Shown in pieces: positions 1 through 12,600 of a stretch of DNA of 64,000 bases. Below the pieces are notes generated by a model, which worked only from the letters and a program-made list of their open reading frames with translations, made no database searches and was not told the DNA's origin. Source of the DNA: Lytechinus pictus (lineage: Eukaryota); assembly GCF_037042905.1 (NCBI RefSeq), contig NC_087252.1:12526001-12590000 (forward strand). The letters are read 5' to 3'. Each line of letters begins with the position of its first letter. The stretch's first letter is position 1. Both the position numbers and the translations under genes were made by a program.

Positions 1-494
1 CAATGGACAATGGAAAGACATGAAAGAAATGATGACTCGAAGATGCATAACGATGGTAGGTGCAAGAACGCGCACGCATACCTGTGCGCGCGCAAATTCT
101 TGACATGCTCAAAATGACCAGAAACGTACCCAAACTTGACCACGGTCGATTTGGGGAAATTTAAAATTTTGACGCGCGCGTACGTGCGCGTCGTGACCTT
201 TGCATGACCTCTGATGATATGTCCTGATGACCTGTCACCTGAACTTGATATGATGCAAATATGGATGATTTTTGATGATTAGTTGCGATGATATGATCAA
301 TCATTTAATTTTACAAAATGGCGCCTAGATGACGTCATCATGATTTGATAACCTTGAAAAGCTTCCATTCCCATGTCTATAATGATGCCCATACATGACA
401 TGAAAATCAAGGAAATTGACATGCCCGATTTTGAGATAGAGGTGGACAAAGATTTGGCAATAAAAATAAATAAAGTAAATTCTGACGAATATAA

Positions 495-528
495 TAGGTG
501 ATCTGTCATCTTAATGACAGACCACCTA
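495..528 (-). mobile_element. Terminal hairpin of the array unit, like a HINE/Helentron 5' subTIR plus inverted repeat; repeated every 1164 bp to 16791-16824
   Basis: taggtg-a-tctgtcat-ctta-atgacaga-c-caccta: 14 paired bases and one mismatch. On the minus strand it follows a T run and precedes a TTTA-rich tract, the layout of invertebrate HINE/DINE-1 left ends. Confidence 0.7.
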
Positions 529-537
529 AAAAGGACC

Positions 538-635
538 AAAAAAAAAAAAAAAAAAAAAAAAGGGGGTCCAGCGAGGTTTGAACCACCGAACCCTGGTATA
601 CCAGTCAGGTGTGTTATCCAGTCGGCCACAGTGTG
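538..635 (-). pseudogene. tRNA-derived (tRNA-Arg-like) Pol III cassette with oligo-T terminator; 14 copies in window (562-635 + 1164n)
   Basis: Minus strand reads CACACTG TGGCCGACTGG ATAACACACCTGACTGGTATACCAGGGTTCGGT GGTTCAAACC TCGCTGGACCCCC T24. A box is at 618-628 and B box at 575-584, with tRNA spacing. Acceptor and T stems do not pair, so it is not a functional tRNA. Confidence 0.7.
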
Positions 636-3600
636 TTCGACAAGCACAGAGAGCAAAATAGGAAACATATTGTCAACTTGACATTGAATGTACATTCTTG
701 CAATTCCAAATTGGCATGATGACAAAACTCTACAAATTCTAGTTTTGAGAATAGTACAAGCTTTAAAATGAAACAGTGGAGATATTGTCTAAAGGATACA
801 TTCTAAGCTAAAACATATTGAAAATTTGGCGAGAACAGACCAAGATTTACGGAATTAAAATCAATTTAAATGACTGTGGTGACATCATGAAACAGAAAAC
901 ACTTGTTCTTAGTTCCGACGCCATTTTGATGACGTCACGATGTAATTAAGAGTCAAATGTGGCATGAAATCATATCTCCTATTCATACTCTATTCGAATA
1001 TGAAAAGAAAAATTGGGGTCAACGGACTCCCTGAAGAGCTACAGTGAATTTTATATAGGCATATTTTAGCCCATTTACGCGCGCGTAATGCAAATTTGAA
1101 TGGACGCGCATTCCCGTATTATTGGTCGTAAGAGGCTGAATGAGGTATCAAATTAATCAGAAGACAATGGACAATGGAAAGACATGAAAGAAATGATGAC
1201 TCGAAGATGCATAACGATGGTAGGTGCAAGAACGCGCACGCATACCTGTGCGCGCGCAAATTCTTGACATGCTCAAAATGACCAGAAACGTACCCAAACT
1301 TGACCACGGTCGATTTGGGGAAATTTAAAATTTTGACGCGCGCGTACGTGCGCGTCGTGACCTTTGCATGACCTCTGATGATATGTCCTGATGACCTGTC
1401 ACCTGAACTTGATATGATGCAAATATGGATGATTTTTGATGATTAGTTGCGATGATATGATCAATCATTTAATTTTACAAAATGGCGCCTAGATGACGTC
1501 ATCATGATTTGATAACCTTGAAAAGCTTCCATTCCCATGTCTATAATGATGCCCATACATGACATGAAAATCAAGGAAATTGACATGCCCGATTTTGAGA
1601 TAGAGGTGGACAAAGATTTGGCAATAAAAATAAATAAAGTAAATTCTGACGAATATAATAGGTGATCTGTCATCTTAATGACAGACCACCTAAAAAGGAC
1701 CAAAAAAAAAAAAAAAAAAAAAAAAGGGGGTCCAGCGAGGTTTGAACCACCGAACCCTGGTATACCAGTCAGGTGTGTTATCCAGTCGGCCACAGTGTGT
1801 TCGACAAGCACAGAGAGCAAAATAGGAAACATATTGTCAACTTGACATTGAATGTACATTCTTGCAATTCCAAATTGGCATGATGACAAAACTCTACAAA
1901 TTCTAGTTTTGAGAATAGTACAAGCTTTAAAATGAAACAGTGGAGATATTGTCTAAAGGATACATTCTAAGCTAAAACATATTGAAAATTTGGCGAGAAC
2001 AGACCAAGATTTACGGAATTAAAATCAATTTAAATGACTGTGGTGACATCATGAAACAGAAAACACTTGTTCTTAGTTCCGACGCCATTTTGATGACGTC
2101 ACGATGTAATTAAGAGTCAAATGTGGCATGAAATCATATCTCCTATTCATACTCTATTCGAATATGAAAAGAAAAATTGGGGTCAACGGACTCCCTGAAG
2201 AGCTACAGTGAATTTTATATAGGCATATTTTAGCCCATTTACGCGCGCGTAATGCAAATTTGAATGGACGCGCATTCCCGTATTATTGGTCGTAAGAGGC
2301 TGAATGAGGTATCAAATTAATCAGAAGACAATGGACAATGGAAAGACATGAAAGAAATGATGACTCGAAGATGCATAACGATGGTAGGTGCAAGAACGCG
2401 CACGCATACCTGTGCGCGCGCAAATTCTTGACATGCTCAAAATGACCAGAAACGTACCCAAACTTGACCACGGTCGATTTGGGGAAATTTAAAATTTTGA
2501 CGCGCGCGTACGTGCGCGTCGTGACCTTTGCATGACCTCTGATGATATGTCCTGATGACCTGTCACCTGAACTTGATATGATGCAAATATGGATGATTTT
2601 TGATGATTAGTTGCGATGATATGATCAATCATTTAATTTTACAAAATGGCGCCTAGATGACGTCATCATGATTTGATAACCTTGAAAAGCTTCCATTCCC
2701 ATGTCTATAATGATGCCCATACATGACATGAAAATCAAGGAAATTGACATGCCCGATTTTGAGATAGAGGTGGACAAAGATTTGGCAATAAAAATAAATA
2801 AAGTAAATTCTGACGAATATAATAGGTGATCTGTCATCTTAATGACAGACCACCTAAAAAGGACCAAAAAAAAAAAAAAAAAAAAAAAAGGGGGTCCAGC
2901 GAGGTTTGAACCACCGAACCCTGGTATACCAGTCAGGTGTGTTATCCAGTCGGCCACAGTGTGTTCGACAAGCACAGAGAGCAAAATAGGAAACATATTG
3001 TCAACTTGACATTGAATGTACATTCTTGCAATTCCAAATTGGCATGATGACAAAACTCTACAAATTCTAGTTTTGAGAATAGTACAAGCTTTAAAATGAA
3101 ACAGTGGAGATATTGTCTAAAGGATACATTCTAAGCTAAAACATATTGAAAATTTGGCGAGAACAGACCAAGATTTACGGAATTAAAATCAATTTAAATG
3201 ACTGTGGTGACATCATGAAACAGAAAACACTTGTTCTTAGTTCCGACGCCATTTTGATGACGTCACGATGTAATTAAGAGTCAAATGTGGCATGAAATCA
3301 TATCTCCTATTCATACTCTATTCGAATATGAAAAGAAAAATTGGGGTCAACGGACTCCCTGAAGAGCTACAGTGAATTTTATATAGGCATATTTTAGCCC
3401 ATTTACGCGCGCGTAATGCAAATTTGAATGGACGCGCATTCCCGTATTATTGGTCGTAAGAGGCTGAATGAGGTATCAAATTAATCAGAAGACAATGGAC
3501 AATGGAAAGACATGAAAGAAATGATGACTCGAAGATGCATAACGATGGTAGGTGCAAGAACGCGCACGCATACCTGTGCGCGCGCAAATTCTTGACATGC

Positions 3601-6600
3601 TCAAAATGACCAGAAACGTACCCAAACTTGACCACGGTCGATTTGGGGAAATTTAAAATTTTGACGCGCGCGTACGTGCGCGTCGTGACCTTTGCATGAC
3701 CTCTGATGATATGTCCTGATGACCTGTCACCTGAACTTGATATGATGCAAATATGGATGATTTTTGATGATTAGTTGCGATGATATGATCAATCATTTAA
3801 TTTTACAAAATGGCGCCTAGATGACGTCATCATGATTTGATAACCTTGAAAAGCTTCCATTCCCATGTCTATAATGATGCCCATACATGACATGAAAATC
3901 AAGGAAATTGACATGCCCGATTTTGAGATAGAGGTGGACAAAGATTTGGCAATAAAAATAAATAAAGTAAATTCTGACGAATATAATAGGTGATCTGTCA
4001 TCTTAATGACAGACCACCTAAAAAGGACCAAAAAAAAAAAAAAAAAAAAAAAAGGGGGTCCAGCGAGGTTTGAACCACCGAACCCTGGTATACCAGTCAG
4101 GTGTGTTATCCAGTCGGCCACAGTGTGTTCGACAAGCACAGAGAGCAAAATAGGAAACATATTGTCAACTTGACATTGAATGTACATTCTTGCAATTCCA
4201 AATTGGCATGATGACAAAACTCTACAAATTCTAGTTTTGAGAATAGTACAAGCTTTAAAATGAAACAGTGGAGATATTGTCTAAAGGATACATTCTAAGC
4301 TAAAACATATTGAAAATTTGGCGAGAACAGACCAAGATTTACGGAATTAAAATCAATTTAAATGACTGTGGTGACATCATGAAACAGAAAACACTTGTTC
4401 TTAGTTCCGACGCCATTTTGATGACGTCACGATGTAATTAAGAGTCAAATGTGGCATGAAATCATATCTCCTATTCATACTCTATTCGAATATGAAAAGA
4501 AAAATTGGGGTCAACGGACTCCCTGAAGAGCTACAGTGAATTTTATATAGGCATATTTTAGCCCATTTACGCGCGCGTAATGCAAATTTGAATGGACGCG
4601 CATTCCCGTATTATTGGTCGTAAGAGGCTGAATGAGGTATCAAATTAATCAGAAGACAATGGACAATGGAAAGACATGAAAGAAATGATGACTCGAAGAT
4701 GCATAACGATGGTAGGTGCAAGAACGCGCACGCATACCTGTGCGCGCGCAAATTCTTGACATGCTCAAAATGACCAGAAACGTACCCAAACTTGACCACG
4801 GTCGATTTGGGGAAATTTAAAATTTTGACGCGCGCGTACGTGCGCGTCGTGACCTTTGCATGACCTCTGATGATATGTCCTGATGACCTGTCACCTGAAC
4901 TTGATATGATGCAAATATGGATGATTTTTGATGATTAGTTGCGATGATATGATCAATCATTTAATTTTACAAAATGGCGCCTAGATGACGTCATCATGAT
5001 TTGATAACCTTGAAAAGCTTCCATTCCCATGTCTATAATGATGCCCATACATGACATGAAAATCAAGGAAATTGACATGCCCGATTTTGAGATAGAGGTG
5101 GACAAAGATTTGGCAATAAAAATAAATAAAGTAAATTCTGACGAATATAATAGGTGATCTGTCATCTTAATGACAGACCACCTAAAAAGGACCAAAAAAA
5201 AAAAAAAAAAAAAAAAAGGGGGTCCAGCGAGGTTTGAACCACCGAACCCTGGTATACCAGTCAGGTGTGTTATCCAGTCGGCCACAGTGTGTTCGACAAG
5301 CACAGAGAGCAAAATAGGAAACATATTGTCAACTTGACATTGAATGTACATTCTTGCAATTCCAAATTGGCATGATGACAAAACTCTACAAATTCTAGTT
5401 TTGAGAATAGTACAAGCTTTAAAATGAAACAGTGGAGATATTGTCTAAAGGATACATTCTAAGCTAAAACATATTGAAAATTTGGCGAGAACAGACCAAG
5501 ATTTACGGAATTAAAATCAATTTAAATGACTGTGGTGACATCATGAAACAGAAAACACTTGTTCTTAGTTCCGACGCCATTTTGATGACGTCACGATGTA
5601 ATTAAGAGTCAAATGTGGCATGAAATCATATCTCCTATTCATACTCTATTCGAATATGAAAAGAAAAATTGGGGTCAACGGACTCCCTGAAGAGCTACAG
5701 TGAATTTTATATAGGCATATTTTAGCCCATTTACGCGCGCGTAATGCAAATTTGAATGGACGCGCATTCCCGTATTATTGGTCGTAAGAGGCTGAATGAG
5801 GTATCAAATTAATCAGAAGACAATGGACAATGGAAAGACATGAAAGAAATGATGACTCGAAGATGCATAACGATGGTAGGTGCAAGAACGCGCACGCATA
5901 CCTGTGCGCGCGCAAATTCTTGACATGCTCAAAATGACCAGAAACGTACCCAAACTTGACCACGGTCGATTTGGGGAAATTTAAAATTTTGACGCGCGCG
6001 TACGTGCGCGTCGTGACCTTTGCATGACCTCTGATGATATGTCCTGATGACCTGTCACCTGAACTTGATATGATGCAAATATGGATGATTTTTGATGATT
6101 AGTTGCGATGATATGATCAATCATTTAATTTTACAAAATGGCGCCTAGATGACGTCATCATGATTTGATAACCTTGAAAAGCTTCCATTCCCATGTCTAT
6201 AATGATGCCCATACATGACATGAAAATCAAGGAAATTGACATGCCCGATTTTGAGATAGAGGTGGACAAAGATTTGGCAATAAAAATAAATAAAGTAAAT
6301 TCTGACGAATATAATAGGTGATCTGTCATCTTAATGACAGACCACCTAAAAAGGACCAAAAAAAAAAAAAAAAAAAAAAAGGGGGGTCCAGCGAGGTTTG
6401 AACCACCGAACCCTGGTATACCAGTCAGGTGTGTTATCCAGTCGGCCACAGTGTGTTCGACAAGCACAGAGAGCAAAATAGGAAACATATTGTCAACTTG
6501 ACATTGAATGTACATTCTTGCAATTCCAAATTGGCATGATGACAAAACTCTACAAATTCTAGTTTTGAGAATAGTACAAGCTTTAAAATGAAACAGTGGA

Positions 6601-9600
6601 GATATTGTCTAAAGGATACATTCTAAGCTAAAACATATTGAAAATTTGGCGAGAACAGACCAAGATTTACGGAATTAAAATCAATTTAAATGACTGTGGT
6701 GACATCATGAAACAGAAAACACTTGTTCTTAGTTCCGACGCCATTTTGATGACGTCACGATGTAATTAAGAGTCAAATGTGGCATGAAATCATATCTCCT
6801 ATTCATACTCTATTCGAATATGAAAAGAAAAATTGGGGTCAACGGACTCCCTGAAGAGCTACAGTGAATTTTATATAGGCATATTTTAGCCCATTTACGC
6901 GCGCGTAATGCAAATTTGAATGGACGCGCATTCCCGTATTATTGGTCGTAAGAGGCTGAATGAGGTATCAAATTAATCAGAAGACAATGGACAATGGAAA
7001 GACATGAAAGAAATGATGACTCGAAGATGCATAACGATGGTAGGTGCAAGAACGCGCACGCATACCTGTGCGCGCGCAAATTCTTGACATGCTCAAAATG
7101 ACCAGAAACGTACCCAAACTTGACCACGGTCGATTTGGGGAAATTTAAAATTTTGACGCGCGCGTACGTGCGCGTCGTGACCTTTGCATGACCTCTGATG
7201 ATATGTCCTGATGACCTGTCACCTGAACTTGATATGATGCAAATATGGATGATTTTTGATGATTAGTTGCGATGATATGATCAATCATTTAATTTTACAA
7301 AATGGCGCCTAGATGACGTCATCATGATTTGATAACCTTGAAAAGCTTCCATTCCCATGTCTATAATGATGCCCATACATGACATGAAAATCAAGGAAAT
7401 TGACATGCCCGATTTTGAGATAGAGGTGGACAAAGATTTGGCAATAAAAATAAATAAAGTAAATTCTGACGAATATAATAGGTGATCTGTCATCTTAATG
7501 ACAGACCACCTAAAAAGGACCAAAAAAAAAAAAAAAAAAAAAAAAGGGGGTCCAGCGAGGTTTGAACCACCGAACCCTGGTATACCAGTCAGGTGTGTTA
7601 TCCAGTCGGCCACAGTGTGTTCGACAAGCACAGAGAGCAAAATAGGAAACATATTGTCAACTTGACATTGAATGTACATTCTTGCAATTCCAAATTGGCA
7701 TGATGACAAAACTCTACAAATTCTAGTTTTGAGAATAGTACAAGCTTTAAAATGAAACAGTGGAGATATTGTCTAAAGGATACATTCTAAGCTAAAACAT
7801 ATTGAAAATTTGGCGAGAACAGACCAAGATTTACGGAATTAAAATCAATTTAAATGACTGTGGTGACATCATGAAACAGAAAACACTTGTTCTTAGTTCC
7901 GACGCCATTTTGATGACGTCACGATGTAATTAAGAGTCAAATGTGGCATGAAATCATATCTCCTATTCATACTCTATTCGAATATGAAAAGAAAAATTGG
8001 GGTCAACGGACTCCCTGAAGAGCTACAGTGAATTTTATATAGGCATATTTTAGCCCATTTACGCGCGCGTAATGCAAATTTGAATGGACGCGCATTCCCG
8101 TATTATTGGTCGTAAGAGGCTGAATGAGGTATCAAATTAATCAGAAGACAATGGACAATGGAAAGACATGAAAGAAATGATGACTCGAAGATGCATAACG
8201 ATGGTAGGTGCAAGAACGCGCACGCATACCTGTGCGCGCGCAAATTCTTGACATGCTCAAAATGACCAGAAACGTACCCAAACTTGACCACGGTCGATTT
8301 GGGGAAATTTAAAATTTTGACGCGCGCGTACGTGCGCGTCGTGACCTTTGCATGACCTCTGATGATATGTCCTGATGACCTGTCACCTGAACTTGATATG
8401 ATGCAAATATGGATGATTTTTGATGATTAGTTGCGATGATATGATCAATCATTTAATTTTACAAAATGGCGCCTAGATGACGTCATCATGATTTGATAAC
8501 CTTGAAAAGCTTCCATTCCCATGTCTATAATGATGCCCATACATGACATGAAAATCAAGGAAATTGACATGCCCGATTTTGAGATAGAGGTGGACAAAGA
8601 TTTGGCAATAAAAATAAATAAAGTAAATTCTGACGAATATAATAGGTGATCTGTCATCTTAATGACAGACCACCTAAAAAGGACCAAAAAAAAAAAAAAA
8701 AAAAAAAAAGGGGGTCCAGCGAGGTTTGAACCACCGAACCCTGGTATACCAGTCAGGTGTGTTATCCAGTCGGCCACAGTGTGTTCGACAAGCACAGAGA
8801 GCAAAATAGGAAACATATTGTCAACTTGACATTGAATGTACATTCTTGCAATTCCAAATTGGCATGATGACAAAACTCTACAAATTCTAGTTTTGAGAAT
8901 AGTACAAGCTTTAAAATGAAACAGTGGAGATATTGTCTAAAGGATACATTCTAAGCTAAAACATATTGAAAATTTGGCGAGAACAGACCAAGATTTACGG
9001 AATTAAAATCAATTTAAATGACTGTGGTGACATCATGAAACAGAAAACACTTGTTCTTAGTTCCGACGCCATTTTGATGACGTCACGATGTAATTAAGAG
9101 TCAAATGTGGCATGAAATCATATCTCCTATTCATACTCTATTCGAATATGAAAAGAAAAATTGGGGTCAACGGACTCCCTGAAGAGCTACAGTGAATTTT
9201 ATATAGGCATATTTTAGCCCATTTACGCGCGCGTAATGCAAATTTGAATGGACGCGCATTCCCGTATTATTGGTCGTAAGAGGCTGAATGAGGTATCAAA
9301 TTAATCAGAAGACAATGGACAATGGAAAGACATGAAAGAAATGATGACTCGAAGATGCATAACGATGGTAGGTGCAAGAACGCGCACGCATACCTGTGCG
9401 CGCGCAAATTCTTGACATGCTCAAAATGACCAGAAACGTACCCAAACTTGACCACGGTCGATTTGGGGAAATTTAAAATTTTGACGCGCGCGTACGTGCG
9501 CGTCGTGACCTTTGCATGACCTCTGATGATATGTCCTGATGACCTGTCACCTGAACTTGATATGATGCAAATATGGATGATTTTTGATGATTAGTTGCGA

Positions 9601-12600
9601 TGATATGATCAATCATTTAATTTTACAAAATGGCGCCTAGATGACGTCATCATGATTTGATAACCTTGAAAAGCTTCCATTCCCATGTCTATAATGATGC
9701 CCATACATGACATGAAAATCAAGGAAATTGACATGCCCGATTTTGAGATAGAGGTGGACAAAGATTTGGCAATAAAAATAAATAAAGTAAATTCTGACGA
9801 ATATAATAGGTGATCTGTCATCTTAATGACAGACCACCTAAAAAGGACCAAAAAAAAAAAAAAAAAAAAAAAAGGGGGTCCAGCGAGGTTTGAACCACCG
9901 AACCCTGGTATACCAGTCAGGTGTGTTATCCAGTCGGCCACAGTGTGTTCGACAAGCACAGAGAGCAAAATAGGAAACATATTGTCAACTTGACATTGAA
10001 TGTACATTCTTGCAATTCCAAATTGGCATGATGACAAAACTCTACAAATTCTAGTTTTGAGAATAGTACAAGCTTTAAAATGAAACAGTGGAGATATTGT
10101 CTAAAGGATACATTCTAAGCTAAAACATATTGAAAATTTGGCGAGAACAGACCAAGATTTACGGAATTAAAATCAATTTAAATGACTGTGGTGACATCAT
10201 GAAACAGAAAACACTTGTTCTTAGTTCCGACGCCATTTTGATGACGTCACGATGTAATTAAGAGTCAAATGTGGCATGAAATCATATCTCCTATTCATAC
10301 TCTATTCGAATATGAAAAGAAAAATTGGGGTCAACGGACTCCCTGAAGAGCTACAGTGAATTTTATATAGGCATATTTTAGCCCATTTACGCGCGCGTAA
10401 TGCAAATTTGAATGGACGCGCATTCCCGTATTATTGGTCGTAAGAGGCTGAATGAGGTATCAAATTAATCAGAAGACAATGGACAATGGAAAGACATGAA
10501 AGAAATGATGACTCGAAGATGCATAACGATGGTAGGTGCAAGAACGCGCACGCATACCTGTGCGCGCGCAAATTCTTGACATGCTCAAAATGACCAGAAA
10601 CGTACCCAAACTTGACCACGGTCGATTTGGGGAAATTTAAAATTTTGACGCGCGCGTACGTGCGCGTCGTGACCTTTGCATGACCTCTGATGATATGTCC
10701 TGATGACCTGTCACCTGAACTTGATATGATGCAAATATGGATGATTTTTGATGATTAGTTGCGATGATATGATCAATCATTTAATTTTACAAAATGGCGC
10801 CTAGATGACGTCATCATGATTTGATAACCTTGAAAAGCTTCCATTCCCATGTCTATAATGATGCCCATACATGACATGAAAATCAAGGAAATTGACATGC
10901 CCGATTTTGAGATAGAGGTGGACAAAGATTTGGCAATAAAAATAAATAAAGTAAATTCTGACGAATATAATAGGTGATCTGTCATCTTAATGACAGACCA
11001 CCTAAAAAGGACCAAAAAAAAAAAAAAAAAAAAAAAAGGGGGTCCAGCGAGGTTTGAACCACCGAACCCTGGTATACCAGTCAGGTGTGTTATCCAGTCG
11101 GCCACAGTGTGTTCGACAAGCACAGAGAGCAAAATAGGAAACATATTGTCAACTTGACATTGAATGTACATTCTTGCAATTCCAAATTGGCATGATGACA
11201 AAACTCTACAAATTCTAGTTTTGAGAATAGTACAAGCTTTAAAATGAAACAGTGGAGATATTGTCTAAAGGATACATTCTAAGCTAAAACATATTGAAAA
11301 TTTGGCGAGAACAGACCAAGATTTACGGAATTAAAATCAATTTAAATGACTGTGGTGACATCATGAAACAGAAAACACTTGTTCTTAGTTCCGACGCCAT
11401 TTTGATGACGTCACGATGTAATTAAGAGTCAAATGTGGCATGAAATCATATCTCCTATTCATACTCTATTCGAATATGAAAAGAAAAATTGGGGTCAACG
11501 GACTCCCTGAAGAGCTACAGTGAATTTTATATAGGCATATTTTAGCCCATTTACGCGCGCGTAATGCAAATTTGAATGGACGCGCATTCCCGTATTATTG
11601 GTCGTAAGAGGCTGAATGAGGTATCAAATTAATCAGAAGACAATGGACAATGGAAAGACATGAAAGAAATGATGACTCGAAGATGCATAACGATGGTAGG
11701 TGCAAGAACGCGCACGCATACCTGTGCGCGCGCAAATTCTTGACATGCTCAAAATGACCAGAAACGTACCCAAACTTGACCACGGTCGATTTGGGGAAAT
11801 TTAAAATTTTGACGCGCGCGTACGTGCGCGTCGTGACCTTTGCATGACCTCTGATGATATGTCCTGATGACCTGTCACCTGAACTTGATATGATGCAAAT
11901 ATGGATGATTTTTGATGATTAGTTGCGATGATATGATCAATCATTTAATTTTACAAAATGGCGCCTAGATGACGTCATCATGATTTGATAACCTTGAAAA
12001 GCTTCCATTCCCATGTCTATAATGATGCCCATACATGACATGAAAATCAAGGAAATTGACATGCCCGATTTTGAGATAGAGGTGGACAAAGATTTGGCAA
12101 TAAAAATAAATAAAGTAAATTCTGACGAATATAATAGGTGATCTGTCATCTTAATGACAGACCACCTAAAAAGGACCAAAAAAAAAAAAAAAAAAAAAAA
12201 GGGGGGTCCAGCGAGGTTTGAACCACCGAACCCTGGTATACCAGTCAGGTGTGTTATCCAGTCGGCCACAGTGTGTTCGACAAGCACAGAGAGCAAAATA
12301 GGAAACATATTGTCAACTTGACATTGAATGTACATTCTTGCAATTCCAAATTGGCATGATGACAAAACTCTACAAATTCTAGTTTTGAGAATAGTACAAG
12401 CTTTAAAATGAAACAGTGGAGATATTGTCTAAAGGATACATTCTAAGCTAAAACATATTGAAAATTTGGCGAGAACAGACCAAGATTTACGGAATTAAAA
12501 TCAATTTAAATGACTGTGGTGACATCATGAAACAGAAAACACTTGTTCTTAGTTCCGACGCCATTTTGATGACGTCACGATGTAATTAAGAGTCAAATGT

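Noticed and set aside
562..635. Functional tRNA, 5S or snRNA gene array
   Set aside because: Acceptor and T stems do not pair and the anticodon loop size is wrong. I recognise no 5S, U snRNA or histone sequence in the unit.
205..1050. CTGATGA, CTGACGA and CTGAAGA motifs in the array unit as hammerhead cores
   Set aside because: None is followed by a stem II and GAAA in the right geometry; the closest is CTGAAGA-GCTACAGT-GAAT.
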